A stretch of 64,000 nucleotides of DNA from Candidatus Poribacteria bacterium (GCA_022825665.1 JAJDWI010000010.1:96154-160153); one strand, 5' to 3'; positions 10,390-21,307 are shown, numbered from the stretch's first letter. A program made the numbers and translations. Notes: a model not told the origin generated them from the letters alone.

Positions 10390-11391
10390 ATGATTGAAGT
10401 CAAAGAACTTACCAAGTCTTACGGTCCAACGCTTGCCGTGAATAACGTTTCATTTAATGCTAATGCTGGTGAAGTCGTAGGATTCATTGGACCAAACGGT
10501 GCAGGTAAGACTACCACAATGCGAATCCTGACCTGCTATCTAACCGCGGATGCAGGAACCGCTACCGTTGCTGGGTTTGATGTCCTTGAACATGCAATTG
10601 ATGTCAGAAAAAACGTCGGATACCTCCCTGAAAGTGCACCCCTCTATGCAGATATGGGGGTAGTTGAATACCTTAAGTTCATGGCTGAAATCCGAGAAAT
10701 ACCCAAAAGTCAACGGAAAGAACGAATGAGAACTGTTGTTGATATCTGTGGACTTGAAGGTGTAATTCAAAAAGATATCGGTGAACTTTCAAAAGGGTTC
10801 CGACAACGCGTCGGATTAGCACAAAGCCTTATCCACGACCCACCTATTCTTATATTGGATGAACCCACTTCTGGACTTGATCCAACCCAAACCATTGAAA
10901 TACGTAATCTGATTAAGGACATTGGGCAAGAGAAACTCGTTCTCTTCAGTACACACATTTTGCCTGAGGTGGCAGCAACTTGCAGCCGAATCCTTATGAT
11001 CAACCACGGACAGATTGTCGCTAACGGAACATTGGAGGAACTGGTCAATCAAGTTCGAAGTGAAAACATATTACATGTTGCTATTAAGGGTACAGAAGAT
11101 GAGATTACCACGAAATTAAGACAATTGGAAGGAATCACTGAGGTTACACCTGTCAGTACAGACAACGGTATCGTGAGATATGAAATTGCATCCGGACAAG
11201 ACATTTCCGATGTTTCAAGCACTATCTTCAACGCTGCTGTTCAAAACCGATGGGACTTGGTAGAACTGAACCAAGAATCAATAGATTTAGAGCAAATTTT
11301 CCTCCACTATACGACTGGACAGACAAGAGGCACCTATCCCTCTCCTAAGCCAGAATCAAATGAGGATGTAGATTCTACAGAAGAGGAATAA
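10390..11391 (+). CDS. ABC transporter ATP-binding protein, GldA-like (ABC-2 family)
   Basis: Walker [10 protein letters not shown]; signature LSKGFRQRVGLAQ; Walker B ILILDEPTSGLD. First gene of an ATPase / ABC-2 permease / GldG / DUF4340 cassette. Confidence 0.85.
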   Translation: MIEVKELTKSYGPTLAVNNVSFNANAGEVVGFIGPNGAGKTTTMRILTCYLTADAGTATVAGFDVLEHAIDVRKNVGYLPESAPLYADMGVVEYLKFMAEIREIPKSQRKERMRTVVDICGLEGVIQKDIGELSKGFRQRVGLAQSLIHDPPILILDEPTSGLDPTQTIEIRNLIKDIGQEKLVLFSTHILPEVAATCSRILMINHGQIVANGTLEELVNQVRSENILHVAIKGTEDEITTKLRQLEGITEVTPVSTDNGIVRYEIASGQDISDVSSTIFNAAVQNRWDLVELNQESIDLEQIFLHYTTGQTRGTYPSPKPESNEDVDSTEEE

Positions 11392-11448
11392 ACATAAAAT
11401 TAATGTTTCGGTATTTTCTTACCTATGCCGATTAAACTATAAAATACA

Positions 11449-12165
11449 ATGCAGAACATCAACATTATTTTTAAAAAGGAATTTAGAAGTTATTTTAATT
11501 CTCCGATTGCCTATATTTTTATAACATTTTTCCTCGGAATTTCCTCTTGGTTATTTTTCCAAACCTTTTTCTTTGGAAACCAAGCAGAAATGCGAGGATT
11601 TTTTGGGTTAATGCCGTGGATTTTTCTCTTTTTTATTCCAGCAGTTACGATGAAACTGTGGGCAGAAGAGAAAAAAATGGGAACCGCTGAAATATTGATG
11701 ACATTGCCGATTCGAGATTATGAGGTGGTGATAGGAAAGTTTCTCGCAAGTTTCGGACTACTCGCAGTATCCGTTCTTTTTTCGATTGCTATTCCTATTT
11801 CAGTTGCTCTCCTTGGAGACCCAGATGAAGGAACAATTGTATGTGGATATATCGGCTTGCTATTGATGGGTGGAGCGTATTTGGCAATTGGGTTGTTTGC
11901 ATCGACATTAACAGAAAATCAGATTATCGCATTTATAATAGGAATCACAACCTGCTTTGTCCTACTGATAATAGGCACTGATTATGTGCTTTTCAGTGCT
12001 CCCGATTGGCTATACCCAATTTTTAGTTATCTCGGTCTTGGTGTCCACTATAGTAGCATTCTACGCGGTGTGATTGATTCTCGCGATATAATCTATTATT
12101 TGACTATCATGGGGTTCTTTCTTTATATAAGCACTCTAATGGTTGAAAGTCGAAAGTGGCGTTAG
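11449..12165 (+). CDS. ABC-2 type permease, GldF-like
   Basis: 238 aa, six predicted TM segments. Lies directly between the ATPase and the GldG-like gene. Confidence 0.7.
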   Translation: MQNINIIFKKEFRSYFNSPIAYIFITFFLGISSWLFFQTFFFGNQAEMRGFFGLMPWIFLFFIPAVTMKLWAEEKKMGTAEILMTLPIRDYEVVIGKFLASFGLLAVSVLFSIAIPISVALLGDPDEGTIVCGYIGLLLMGGAYLAIGLFASTLTENQIIAFIIGITTCFVLLIIGTDYVLFSAPDWLYPIFSYLGLGVHYSSILRGVIDSRDIIYYLTIMGFFLYISTLMVESRKWR

Positions 12166-12184
12166 GATAAGGAGGAAAACTGTT

Positions 12185-13840
12185 TTGGCTGATAAACGGA
12201 TCAGATTCGGTGCTAATACCGCTGCTTTTATAGTACTCATTTTCGGTATACTCGTGTTGGTTAATTTCCTGTCTTCGCGCCGTTTTGTACGGTTTGATCT
12301 TACTGAGGATAAACGTTATACCGTATCTAAAGCAACTAAAGATGTGATTAGGAATTTGGATGATATTGTTACCATTACCACATACTTCTCTTCAGAACCC
12401 GCAAGAGTAGCCCAAATCCATCGTGGTATTAGAGATGTTTTAGATGAATATAAGGCATATTCTAAAAGACTCCAGATAGATTATGTTGACCCAATTGATT
12501 TAGACGATGGTGAAAAACAGGAACTCCGGTTTAAGGGAATTCAGGAAGTACAAATCAATGTTCCTGGAAAAGGCAAACTGGAAATCGCAAATGTGTTTAT
12601 GGCAATTTCTGTCGGTTACAGTGGCAAAGAAGAAGTGTTGCCAATTGTACAGTCAACAGCTAACTTAGAATATGAACTCACCTCATCAATTGTCAAAGTA
12701 ACAACCAAAGAAGCTAAAACGGTAGGGTTTTTGACTGGACATGATGAATACGATATTAACGCACAGGATCAAAGAAACCAACAGTTGCGGCAACTTTTGG
12801 ACAAAAACGCACAAGGACAATATAATATTACGCCTGTTGATCTTCAAACAGGTGAACCAGTTGACATATCTGTGACGACCTTAGTTGTCGCGGGACCCAA
12901 ACAGGAGTTGACTGAACGTGAGAAATACGAGATTGATCAGTTTATCATGCGTGGTGGAAGAGCAATATTCTTGATTGATCCAATTATAATGCAAACCAAT
13001 AGAAGTCTACAAGCAGCACCGCTTACTACTGGTTTGAACGATCTACTTGAACATTACGGTGTTAAACTCGGTAATAATCTGGTGGGTGACCGTAGATTTC
13101 ACGATACGGTTCAGCTGCAACAAGGCAACATGACCTTTATACAACCATATATCTATTTTGTCAAAGTCATAAAACCAAATTTTTCTAAAGAACACACCAT
13201 TACAAATCAGTTAGAAGAATTGACGTTACCCTGGACAAGTTCTGTAGAGATATTGACGAAGGAAGGTGTTAATGGGACATCCTTAGCAAAGACCAGCGAA
13301 TTTGGACAGAGTTTTCAAGGTGTCTACAACCTTATGCCAGGTCCTCCTACACCGCAAACAGATTTACAAACCTTCTCTGTTGCCGCATCTTTAGAAGGTA
13401 AATTCAAGAGTTTTTATGCAGACAAAGAAATACCTTCTGTAGAAACGATCACAAACACTGATGAAGAAAACGGTGATGAAACATCCTCCGAGACAGAGGA
13501 TACAGCGGAAGGAACTACCATTACTGAAAGCGTGGAAACACAGATTATAGTCGTAGGGACAGCACAATTCCTCCCGCAGTTGAACAGAAACAGTGCTGAC
13601 TTCTTTTTAAACTGTATAGACTGGTTAACCCTCGGTGATACACTCATCGGAATTCGTTCTCATACGATTACAGATCGTCCCTTAGTAGAAACTTCTGAGT
13701 TAGCAAAAGAATCTATCAAGTATATCTGTACCGTAGGTATTTCACTGTTGGTGATCCTGTTTGGATTAATACGATATTTCATAAAAGGAAGAGTAAGACG
13801 GTTGGTAGAAACACAAGGTGTTCCAACCGCAATTGAATAA
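12185..13840 (+). CDS. GldG-like ABC-transport auxiliary protein (N- and C-terminal TM anchors, large periplasmic domain)
   Basis: N-terminal TM (AAFIVLIFGILVLVNFL) and C-terminal TM (YICTVGISLLVILFGLI), typical Gldg-family architecture. The TTG at 12185 is 9 nt after an AAGGAGG Shine-Dalgarno; the track ORF begins at an upstream TTG at 12143. Confidence 0.65.
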   Translation: MADKRIRFGANTAAFIVLIFGILVLVNFLSSRRFVRFDLTEDKRYTVSKATKDVIRNLDDIVTITTYFSSEPARVAQIHRGIRDVLDEYKAYSKRLQIDYVDPIDLDDGEKQELRFKGIQEVQINVPGKGKLEIANVFMAISVGYSGKEEVLPIVQSTANLEYELTSSIVKVTTKEAKTVGFLTGHDEYDINAQDQRNQQLRQLLDKNAQGQYNITPVDLQTGEPVDISVTTLVVAGPKQELTEREKYEIDQFIMRGGRAIFLIDPIIMQTNRSLQAAPLTTGLNDLLEHYGVKLGNNLVGDRRFHDTVQLQQGNMTFIQPYIYFVKVIKPNFSKEHTITNQLEELTLPWTSSVEILTKEGVNGTSLAKTSEFGQSFQGVYNLMPGPPTPQTDLQTFSVAASLEGKFKSFYADKEIPSVETITNTDEENGDETSSETEDTAEGTTITESVETQIIVVGTAQFLPQLNRNSADFFLNCIDWLTLGDTLIGIRSHTITDRPLVETSELAKESIKYICTVGISLLVILFGLIRYFIKGRVRRLVETQGVPTAIE

Positions 13841-13862
13841 TTCACTACCCCTGGATGAAACG

Positions 13863-14861
13863 ATGAAAAAGAAACAAATACTGATTTTAGGTGGAATCTT
13901 TGTATTATTGCTACTCGTTATCCTGATTTTCGAGAACCCTTTCAGGATGAGTGAGTACCAAAAGAAAATTGAAGCAGCAACAGTCCTTTTTCCAAACTTC
14001 AAAAAGGAAGAAGTCACGAAAGTAGAGATAATTGCCACAGGTCAAACCTCAACTCTCGTGAAACAGGACGGAACTTGGGTTGTTGCTTCCATGGATAACT
14101 ATCCTGCTGATAGTGAAAGCATTGATGAATTGTTCACCAAAGTCGCTGAATTTGATAATGCAAATCTTGTCTCTGATAACCCAAAAAATCAGTCTGAATT
14201 TCAAGTAGATATTACAGGTATAGAAACAAAATTATTTGGAGCAAACGACAAAGTTTTAGCACACCTATTTGTTGGGAAAAATACACCTGGGTTCTTAAGC
14301 AGTTACGTACGCGTTGCAGATTCCAATAATGTTTATACTGCCCAAGGATATTTACAAGGGGTTTTTGATAAAAGCACACGAACTTGGAAAGATCGGACAA
14401 TCTTCAATTTCAACAAAGGTATCGTTACACAAATTAACATTACTTCCGCTGACGAAACAGTTGAATTGAGATTAGACACAGAAAATAAATGGCAGATGTT
14501 ACAACCCATGTCTGCTGCTGTAAATCAGAACGAAGTTGACAACCTACTCAACACATTCAGTCAATTGAAAACAGACGATTTTGCTGAAGAAAAAGAACTT
14601 ACCGATTACGGTTTAGATGCACCATCGTCTTCAATTACTGCAATCCTCAACGATGGCACAACGGCAACATTGCATGTTGGCAAAGAGGAAGGTGGTAAGT
14701 TATATGTCAAGCGAGAAGACAAAGAACCGGTCTTTATGTTGTTCAAATCAAATGTTGATAATTTGATTAAGAAGTCTGACAAACTAACAGAAAATGTAAC
14801 CCCTCCAGAGACAGAAGACTCAAACCCTTTACAACCGCAGGAGGAAAATCCCGCGGAGTAA
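13863..14861 (+). CDS. DUF4340-like protein that accompanies GldG-type cassettes (N-terminal TM anchor)
   Basis: MKKKQILILGGIFVLLLLVIL membrane anchor, and the position immediately downstream of the GldG-like gene. Start moved to the ATG at 13863, after the GldG stop. Confidence 0.5.
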   Translation: MKKKQILILGGIFVLLLLVILIFENPFRMSEYQKKIEAATVLFPNFKKEEVTKVEIIATGQTSTLVKQDGTWVVASMDNYPADSESIDELFTKVAEFDNANLVSDNPKNQSEFQVDITGIETKLFGANDKVLAHLFVGKNTPGFLSSYVRVADSNNVYTAQGYLQGVFDKSTRTWKDRTIFNFNKGIVTQINITSADETVELRLDTENKWQMLQPMSAAVNQNEVDNLLNTFSQLKTDDFAEEKELTDYGLDAPSSSITAILNDGTTATLHVGKEEGGKLYVKREDKEPVFMLFKSNVDNLIKKSDKLTENVTPPETEDSNPLQPQEENPAE

Positions 14862-14978
14862 TTTTATGTGGTTGTGTGAATAACCCTGCTGTTAAGTTAA
14901 ATTACTTGACTTAACTACCAACAACCTATAAAATTGACATAAATTCCCTTTTTCTCTATTGGAATAAGGAGCTTTACA

Positions 14979-15701
14979 ATGAAAACTATAGTCTGTTTTG
15001 CACTCCCTCTATTCATTCTTCTCACAGGATGCGCGACCATAACTAAAACACTTTCCGATGATTCCAAAAACAAATACGATTTTCGAGAAACCCAATGGGG
15101 TTTTAGCCAACAGCGAGTCCAAGTAGCAGAAAAAGATAGCAGACTTTACCTTAAGAGAGATGATGTACTCGTCTACAATACTGAAATCGCTGGTGTGCCA
15201 GCATATCTCGTTTATACCTTCAAGGACAACAAACTCCGAGCAGCCGGATATATCACTGAAAAACCGGTAAAAAACGCACAGAATATAACCGAAATGTGTG
15301 TTGATAAACTCGGTGCACCCACAAAAATAACCAAGGAAGGTATGATTTGGGATACACCTAAAACTATGATAGTTGCGAACGCATATCCCTCACACGTTTC
15401 CATGGGAACTATTAGATATGAACATGTCTCCGGTGGGATTTTTGCAAATGTATTACATAATATAAAAAAGGCAAAACTGGGATCTATTGAACGTTGGGAT
15501 GCTGTATGGTCATATATTGATAAGTCGTTCTACGATGAACAACGCAAAGGTAATGTCCATTTAGCAGATTTATCTTTCTATGAGAAAGTGTTATTCGGTA
15601 CTGTTAAAAGACACGAATTTATTAAATTCGCTACCAGAACTGGTTATACACTCCCAATTCCACATGATTTTTTGAAAGAAGGAATGGCAGAAGCCAAATA
15701 A
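14979..15701 (+). CDS. Lipoprotein, unknown function
   Basis: MKTIVCFALPLFILLTGC lipobox. 240 aa, no recognisable catalytic motifs. Confidence 0.55.
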   Translation: MKTIVCFALPLFILLTGCATITKTLSDDSKNKYDFRETQWGFSQQRVQVAEKDSRLYLKRDDVLVYNTEIAGVPAYLVYTFKDNKLRAAGYITEKPVKNAQNITEMCVDKLGAPTKITKEGMIWDTPKTMIVANAYPSHVSMGTIRYEHVSGGIFANVLHNIKKAKLGSIERWDAVWSYIDKSFYDEQRKGNVHLADLSFYEKVLFGTVKRHEFIKFATRTGYTLPIPHDFLKEGMAEAK

Positions 15702-15775
15702 TATTCCTATATGTTCCACATACTATGTGTGAACTACAAACATTGAAATAAGTTTATTTTTCGTCAATATAATTT

Positions 15776-16567
15776 ATGGAGACAAACATGTCAACAACTA
15801 AAGATTACTGTTTAGGTTTTATCTCTTTTCCAATTACCAAATTTTGCATTTTAGGTCTTTCTTTAATGCTGATTGCTACACTCACTGCATGCGATTCGCA
15901 TGTTGCTTCGCAGTTATTATCCACTTCACCGTCGGGAAGAACTATCCATGTAACAGGTAGCGGTTCGGTTACAGGGGAACCCGATATTGCCAATCTCAAC
16001 ATAGGTGTCTCTGTTGTAAGACCGAATGTTGCAGATGCCCGCGAGGAAGCTGCAGCTGCAATGACAGCATTGATAGATTCTCTAAAGGCGAACAATATTG
16101 ATGAAAAGGATATAAACACCCAGAATTTCAGCATTTATCCGCAATACGACTATACGGAAGAAGGACGTAAACTACGTGGTTACAGTGTAAACAACACAGT
16201 TAGAGTAAAGGTGCGGGATTTGACAACACTCAGTGATGTCATTGATGACGCAGCGGAAGCAGGAGAAGATAGTATTATCGTCAATTCCATACAGTTCATG
16301 ATTGAGGATACGACACCATTACAGTCACAAGCACGGACTTTGGCAGTAAAGAACGCTGAAGCAAAAGCACAAACATTAGCAGATGCAAGTGGTGTAGGAC
16401 TTGGGAAACCGATCACTATCACAGAAAGCACCTATTTTGAGAGTCCACCGATCCCTTATGCCGCTGCTGAGGCAGCATTTGATGATAGCGGACGTACTTC
16501 CACGCCAATTTCACCCGGAGAACTCACTGTTACAGTGAATGTTACTGTGATATATGAAATTGAATGA
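15776..16567 (+). CDS. SIMPL/DUF541 (YggE-like) periplasmic protein, probable lipoprotein
   Basis: LTAC lipobox. GSGSVTGEPDIANLNIGV...SPGELTVTVNVTVIYEI matches the two-lobed SIMPL family. Confidence 0.7.
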   Translation: METNMSTTKDYCLGFISFPITKFCILGLSLMLIATLTACDSHVASQLLSTSPSGRTIHVTGSGSVTGEPDIANLNIGVSVVRPNVADAREEAAAAMTALIDSLKANNIDEKDINTQNFSIYPQYDYTEEGRKLRGYSVNNTVRVKVRDLTTLSDVIDDAAEAGEDSIIVNSIQFMIEDTTPLQSQARTLAVKNAEAKAQTLADASGVGLGKPITITESTYFESPPIPYAAAEAAFDDSGRTSTPISPGELTVTVNVTVIYEIE

Positions 16568-16611
16568 GATATTCATAACCTAATTTAAAGGTATTTTTAT
16601 ACCACATTTGT

Positions 16612-16646
16612 AGAGTCGGGTTTATGTACCCGGCTCTTTGTTTTTT
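16612..16646 (+). terminator. Rho-independent terminator (10-bp stem, T-tract) between the convergent SIMPL and GT4 genes
   Basis: agagtcgggt-ttatgt-acccggctct-ttgtttttt. Overlaps the last codons of the minus-strand GT4 gene. Confidence 0.5.
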
Positions 16647-17845
16647 AGGGATTCATACACAGTGATCAGTTTTTTCCCAATGTTCTGCCAATCATAATCT
16701 TGTTCTACGCGCGCACGACCTTTTTCACCAATTTGCTTTCGCAGCGACGGGTCTGTTAGCAATCTGATGACGGCTTCAGCAAAATCTTTCGGTTCATCAG
16801 CGATTATGATTTCTTCACCATCGCGAAGTGCTAATCCTTCTGCTCCAACTGAGGTAGACACAACCGCTTTTCCCATAGCCAATGCTTCCAGAATCTTTAG
16901 ACGTGTACCACTTCCAATCCGTAAAGGCACAACAAATACTGTTGCATCTGCGAAGTAAGGTTTAATCTCTGGCACACGTCCAGTTACTACAACCCCTTCT
17001 CTATCTGCAAGCTGTTGTACTCGTGCTGATGGATTCCCGCCAACGATAGAGAATTTGACATCTGAAACCTTTTTCTGAACATGTGGTAACACCTCTTCTG
17101 CAAAGAATGAAACAGCATCTTCGTTGGGGTACCAATCCATACTTCCGATATAGATAAGATGTTCCAGTGCTTCGGATGCGTAGTCCGGTTGATAGTGCGA
17201 GACATCTACACCGTTAGGAATTACCTTAACAGCACCATCAGCACAATATTGTTGAAAAACTGCAGCGTCAATGTCGGAAGTGCATGTTACCGCCTCAAAC
17301 TGTGGACTTAACACCCGTTCATATCGTTGAAATGCGCGTTTTTGCGTCCAATACGCGTATTTGTATAATATGTTCTTTGTTTCACCTGTCAGTCTATGCC
17401 AAATTGCCGAGTCCACATTTTGCTGTGAAAGCACACTGGGTAAGTCTGTTTCAGTATAAAATTGAGCAGTGTGAAACATCTCATAGTGAACAAGATCAAA
17501 ATTATCTACTGCTAACAACTCCCTTAGTTTTTGTCGATACGCAGAAACATTGTATCGTGCTACGGTGATAGGTTGTCTTTTGACACATGCGGATATGAGA
17601 GTCTTGAGCGATAAACGTGGCAGTGTTGCAGAATTTTGAACAAGGTGAACTTTAACGCCTAATTGTTCAAGATGGGTTACACTTGATGTATCTGATGGTT
17701 GTGTTTCTAATGCAAGCAGTGTAATGTCGTTCTTCAGTGCTATCTGTTTGAGTATGTTATATACGCGAATACGTCCGCCGTCAGTGAGGGGATACGGCAC
17801 GGTGGGAGACAAAAAAAGGATTTTCATGTTCATCGGGAACAACAA
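16622..17845 (-). CDS. Glycosyltransferase family 4 (GT-B, glycosyl transferase group 1)
   Basis: KILFLSPTVPYPLTDGGRIRV N-terminal GT4 motif; C-terminal EGLALRDGEE / GxxLKILEALAMGKAVVST glycos_transf_1 motif. Confidence 0.85.
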   Translation of the reverse strand: MLFPMNMKILFLSPTVPYPLTDGGRIRVYNILKQIALKNDITLLALETQPSDTSSVTHLEQLGVKVHLVQNSATLPRLSLKTLISACVKRQPITVARYNVSAYRQKLRELLAVDNFDLVHYEMFHTAQFYTETDLPSVLSQQNVDSAIWHRLTGETKNILYKYAYWTQKRAFQRYERVLSPQFEAVTCTSDIDAAVFQQYCADGAVKVIPNGVDVSHYQPDYASEALEHLIYIGSMDWYPNEDAVSFFAEEVLPHVQKKVSDVKFSIVGGNPSARVQQLADREGVVVTGRVPEIKPYFADATVFVVPLRIGSGTRLKILEALAMGKAVVSTSVGAEGLALRDGEEIIIADEPKDFAEAVIRLLTDPSLRKQIGEKGRARVEQDYDWQNIGKKLITVYESLKNKEPGT

Positions 17846-17875
17846 TCGTTTGTCATGAGAAATATGTTCTGAACA

Positions 17876-18982
17876 TTATTCTGTAAGTTCGCTGTTTTTG
17901 GATTGATTAGGTTTATTGGTGTCTTTTTCATTTCTTTTAAATCTATCCATAAATGTAATCAATTTTTCTTTTAACTGCTGCCGTGAACTGAGTACCGGTG
18001 TAGATGGCAGAAAGACAGTTCCGCTTTCACGAGGTATCCATCCTTTAAGGGCATCAGTTATTCCAATGTAGAGCCACTTACTATCAAGGTCAAGATGGAC
18101 ATTCAATCTACTTTCCGTTTTTTGGATATTATAGATTTGTGTGCCATCAATTACTTGCCAACTTGTACCACCTTCTTCAGCAACCAATTTAGCATTTACG
18201 GACAATGGTATTTTCTTCCGTTTGAATCCCTCGCGCAGTTCTACAGATAATTTTCCTTCGCTCAAAGTATCTGCTGGAGTCGTATCAACCTGAAAAAGCA
18301 GCTTTATTATAGGGTACTTTGATTGTTGATATACATTCAGTGTGTCTTTACCATTTCTAATTTCATAACTCTGTTGATACTTATTATCTTTCATCAACCA
18401 GTGTTGATTGGTCTTTAGAACTGTGAACTCCAGATCATTAGAAAGACTAATCTTCTTGGTGTTGAATGCATCCTCAAAATTTGGCAGATAGATATCAAGC
18501 ACATTGTTATTCCTTGCAACAGTGTAACCTGCTCCAGTACTATCTGTCAGTAGCCAGTCTTGACCACTCAGCAATACTTTTATTTTTGGTGAATTGGAAT
18601 TGATCTTTATTCCACCTAAAGAATCTTCAAACATTTCTTTCCAGTTAAACGCTGTTTTTAATTCTTTATCCAATACATCTGGGGTTAATTTTGCGCGTTG
18701 TGCCAAAGCAACACTAAACAACATTTCTCTGGAATATACACCGATGTTTAAATTGCTGATATATCTTTGATCAATACTAAAAAGATATTTGTTCTTTGTA
18801 TATACAAGTGGTTTTGAATTGACAGTGGGTCTTCCACGTACTGCTGTTCTTTTATGGACTTGGAACTTTGGTGGTTCTGACTGCACAACCGATGGCGCAT
18901 TCAGTATATAAACAGCAAATAAAAAACCTATAACTATAACTACAAACAGTCCAATAAGTAGGGTTTTTAATATTATTTTCAT
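17876..18982 (-). CDS. Membrane-anchored hypothetical protein (single N-terminal TM), co-directional with and upstream of the GT4 gene
   Basis: 368-aa ORF, N-terminal TM LLIGLFVVIVIGFLFAVYIL, no recognisable domain. Confidence 0.5.
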   Translation of the reverse strand: MKIILKTLLIGLFVVIVIGFLFAVYILNAPSVVQSEPPKFQVHKRTAVRGRPTVNSKPLVYTKNKYLFSIDQRYISNLNIGVYSREMLFSVALAQRAKLTPDVLDKELKTAFNWKEMFEDSLGGIKINSNSPKIKVLLSGQDWLLTDSTGAGYTVARNNNVLDIYLPNFEDAFNTKKISLSNDLEFTVLKTNQHWLMKDNKYQQSYEIRNGKDTLNVYQQSKYPIIKLLFQVDTTPADTLSEGKLSVELREGFKRKKIPLSVNAKLVAEEGGTSWQVIDGTQIYNIQKTESRLNVHLDLDSKWLYIGITDALKGWIPRESGTVFLPSTPVLSSRQQLKEKLITFMDRFKRNEKDTNKPNQSKNSELTE

Positions 18983-19156
18983 GATGTTTTGTTAGGATTT
19001 CTATTATCCGTTGTTGATTATTACTGTTAATTTTACCAGATATTAAGAAAAATAAGTTGACATTTTGTTTATCTCGGCACACAATTACTATAATATCAAG
19101 ATTTCATTATATTTTGTTATTATACCATTTCCTACTTTAGAACACAACTTGAAATT

Positions 19157-20452
19157 ATGCAAGTCTTAAGTCCTTTAACAACTGAATTAAATGAACAAAT
19201 TAGTGAATTTGTTCCATCCGCGTATCGGCTATTGTCTGAGTTAGGCAAACGTGTCTACCTGCCGAAAGGAATCTTGAGCCAGAGTGCAGAAGCAAATGAA
19301 AAAGCGTCGCGTTTTAACGCAACCCGTGCAGTTGCATACGAAGATAATAGGATAATGCATTTAGATGTTTGTCGTCAGTTGGTACCTGAACTTTCACCAG
19401 ATAGTATATTCAGTTACCCACCTATTCTCGGCAATCCAGAATTACGCAAATTATGGCAAACTCACATTCGCACAGAAAACCCTCTACTCGCAGATTCTCC
19501 ATTAAGTCTACCGATTGTGACTTGTGGTATGACACACGGTTTCAATCTTCTGGCAGATATGTTTGTGGATATTGGAGATAAGTTGATTCTCCCAGACAAA
19601 ACATGGGGAAATTACCGACACATTTTTCAGACAAAAGCTGGTACAGATATACAGACATACCCGTTCTTTGATTCTGATAAACAATTTAACATCCAAGCAT
19701 TCAACAAAACGCTTTCTCAAAATGTGACCGACAAGTTACTGATTCTACTGAACTTTCCACACAATCCGACTGGATATGCTATTACACGTGATGAAGCACA
19801 ACATATTTTGAACGCAATAGTAGAATGTGCGGAGAACGGTTGCCACATCCTTGTAATGGTTGACGATGCTTATACAGGTTTTTGGTATGATTCCGAGGTT
19901 ATGCAAGAATCCATTTTCGGAATGCTCGTAGACTGTCATTCAAATGTAGTTCCAGTGAAGATTGACGGGGCAACTAAAGAGGAATATGCATGGGGTCTAC
20001 GGGTTGGATTTTTGACCTTCGGATATGCAGAAGAAATCATGCATGGGATTGAAGGGAAAATAAGCGGTCTAATTCGTGCGAATACATCTGGTACTACACA
20101 GGTTTCACAGACACTTATTCTGGAAGCAATGCAGTCGAAGGATTATGCTAAGCAAAAACAACGGAACTATGAAACTCTCAAGGCACGTGCATTGAAAGTG
20201 AAAGAAGTAGCAACAGATAGGCGGTATGCGGATCTTTGGGAAGTATACCCAAGTCATGCGGGTTATTTTACATGTCTATCTCTAAAATCAAGGAATGCAG
20301 AGACAGTTCGTCAAATACTACTTAATGAACACGGAATTGGCATTATTGCGCTTAGTGAAACTGAACTGCGTGTAGCGTATTCGTGTCTTGATGCTACCAA
20401 TATTGAGGTGGTATTCAGAGAAATAGCTCAAGTTGTCCGATCACAATTGTAG
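19157..20452 (+). CDS. Class I/II PLP-dependent aminotransferase
   Basis: LLNFPHNPTGYAITRDE (the NPTG motif) and overall fold-type I aminotransferase organisation. Confidence 0.8.
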   Translation: MQVLSPLTTELNEQISEFVPSAYRLLSELGKRVYLPKGILSQSAEANEKASRFNATRAVAYEDNRIMHLDVCRQLVPELSPDSIFSYPPILGNPELRKLWQTHIRTENPLLADSPLSLPIVTCGMTHGFNLLADMFVDIGDKLILPDKTWGNYRHIFQTKAGTDIQTYPFFDSDKQFNIQAFNKTLSQNVTDKLLILLNFPHNPTGYAITRDEAQHILNAIVECAENGCHILVMVDDAYTGFWYDSEVMQESIFGMLVDCHSNVVPVKIDGATKEEYAWGLRVGFLTFGYAEEIMHGIEGKISGLIRANTSGTTQVSQTLILEAMQSKDYAKQKQRNYETLKARALKVKEVATDRRYADLWEVYPSHAGYFTCLSLKSRNAETVRQILLNEHGIGIIALSETELRVAYSCLDATNIEVVFREIAQVVRSQL

Positions 20453-20458
20453 AGTAAC

Positions 20459-20560
20459 AGACTTACGCATAAACGGTAGGCACGCTTTGTAAGCGCGCAA
20501 AATACCCACAATTTTACTTTGTTCATAATTATTGGATAAATCGTGGAAAATGCGTAAATT
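20459..20560. repeat. MITE-like element, copy 1 (family with TIR GGACTTACGCA and an internal gcgcgc-tttgtaa-gcgcgc hairpin)
   Basis: gacttacgcataaacggtaggcacgctttgtaagcgcgc...cataattattggataaatcgtggaaaatgcgtaaattc. Copy 2 is at 22016-22128. Confidence 0.5.
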
Positions 20561-20636
20561 CTAAATTATTTTGACTGTGATGTCAGTGGTTTGTTATTGG
20601 TAACGGTTTTAGAAACCGTTACCAATAAATTTTATC

Positions 20637-21239
20637 TTACCTTGCATCCTTTAATGCACCCCATGTGGTTGTAATTTTTCCACGAGGCACAACGGGAGTA
20701 GCCAAATTTCCAACGATTTTTCGGAAATACACGTCATCTTCGCCATCGTTCGGTCCTGCCCAAACCCAGTATGCGGTTGAATCAGGATCTTTTAATGTTT
20801 CACGCATCGTGGCTGCACCGAATCCCCATATACCACCACCGAATTGGTCAAGTTGTGTGGCATTCTCCCAATCACTGTCGTCAAAATCAAGTGTTTCCCA
20901 TCCATCGTTTCGTTCAGCGAGCGGAGCACCTGCATCTGCCTTCCAGGTTTCATCAGAAGGTATATATGTGCCATCATCAAGTATAACATCAAATAATGCT
21001 CCACCTGCTCCGGTTGCACCTGGCTCAGCATCGTGAACATATACCCCGATAATAGCGTGTCCATCTGGCATTTCAAATTCTGTTACGGTGGCGATCTGCC
21101 AATTATTACCTTCTGCCACTTTTTCACCATTAACAAAACCCACCCAAGAATTGTCGCCATTAATACGAAGCTTTGCTGCCCACAGACTTGAGACGGTAAG
21201 ACATAGGACCAAAGTTGCTAAAACAAAAAATCTCTTCAA
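20637..21239 (-). CDS. Secreted protein, paralogue A of a tandem pair (beta-sandwich, possibly PA14/lectin-like; DDSDWE motif)
   Basis: Signal peptide MKRFFVLATLVLCLTVSSLWA. LRINGDNSWVGFVNGEKVAEG...GVYVHDAEPGATGAGG...DFDDSDWE. About 55% identical to the neighbouring 21308-21994 product. Confidence 0.6.
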   Translation of the reverse strand: MKRFFVLATLVLCLTVSSLWAAKLRINGDNSWVGFVNGEKVAEGNNWQIATVTEFEMPDGHAIIGVYVHDAEPGATGAGGALFDVILDDGTYIPSDETWKADAGAPLAERNDGWETLDFDDSDWENATQLDQFGGGIWGFGAATMRETLKDPDSTAYWVWAGPNDGEDDVYFRKIVGNLATPVVPRGKITTTWGALKDAR

Positions 21240-21307
21240 TTTCTCTCCTTATTTTTGATATGTTGTGTATTGATCATTTTTTTTAATACCCTGCCTACAA
21301 CATAAAA

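Noticed and set aside
20665-21076. Track ORFs 20665-21036 (+), 20771-20986 (+) and 20792-21076 (-) that overlap secreted paralogue A; similarly 21520-21847 over paralogue B
   Set aside because: These are Pro/Ser/His-rich low-complexity translations nested in or antisense to a conserved paralogous gene, and are most likely spurious.
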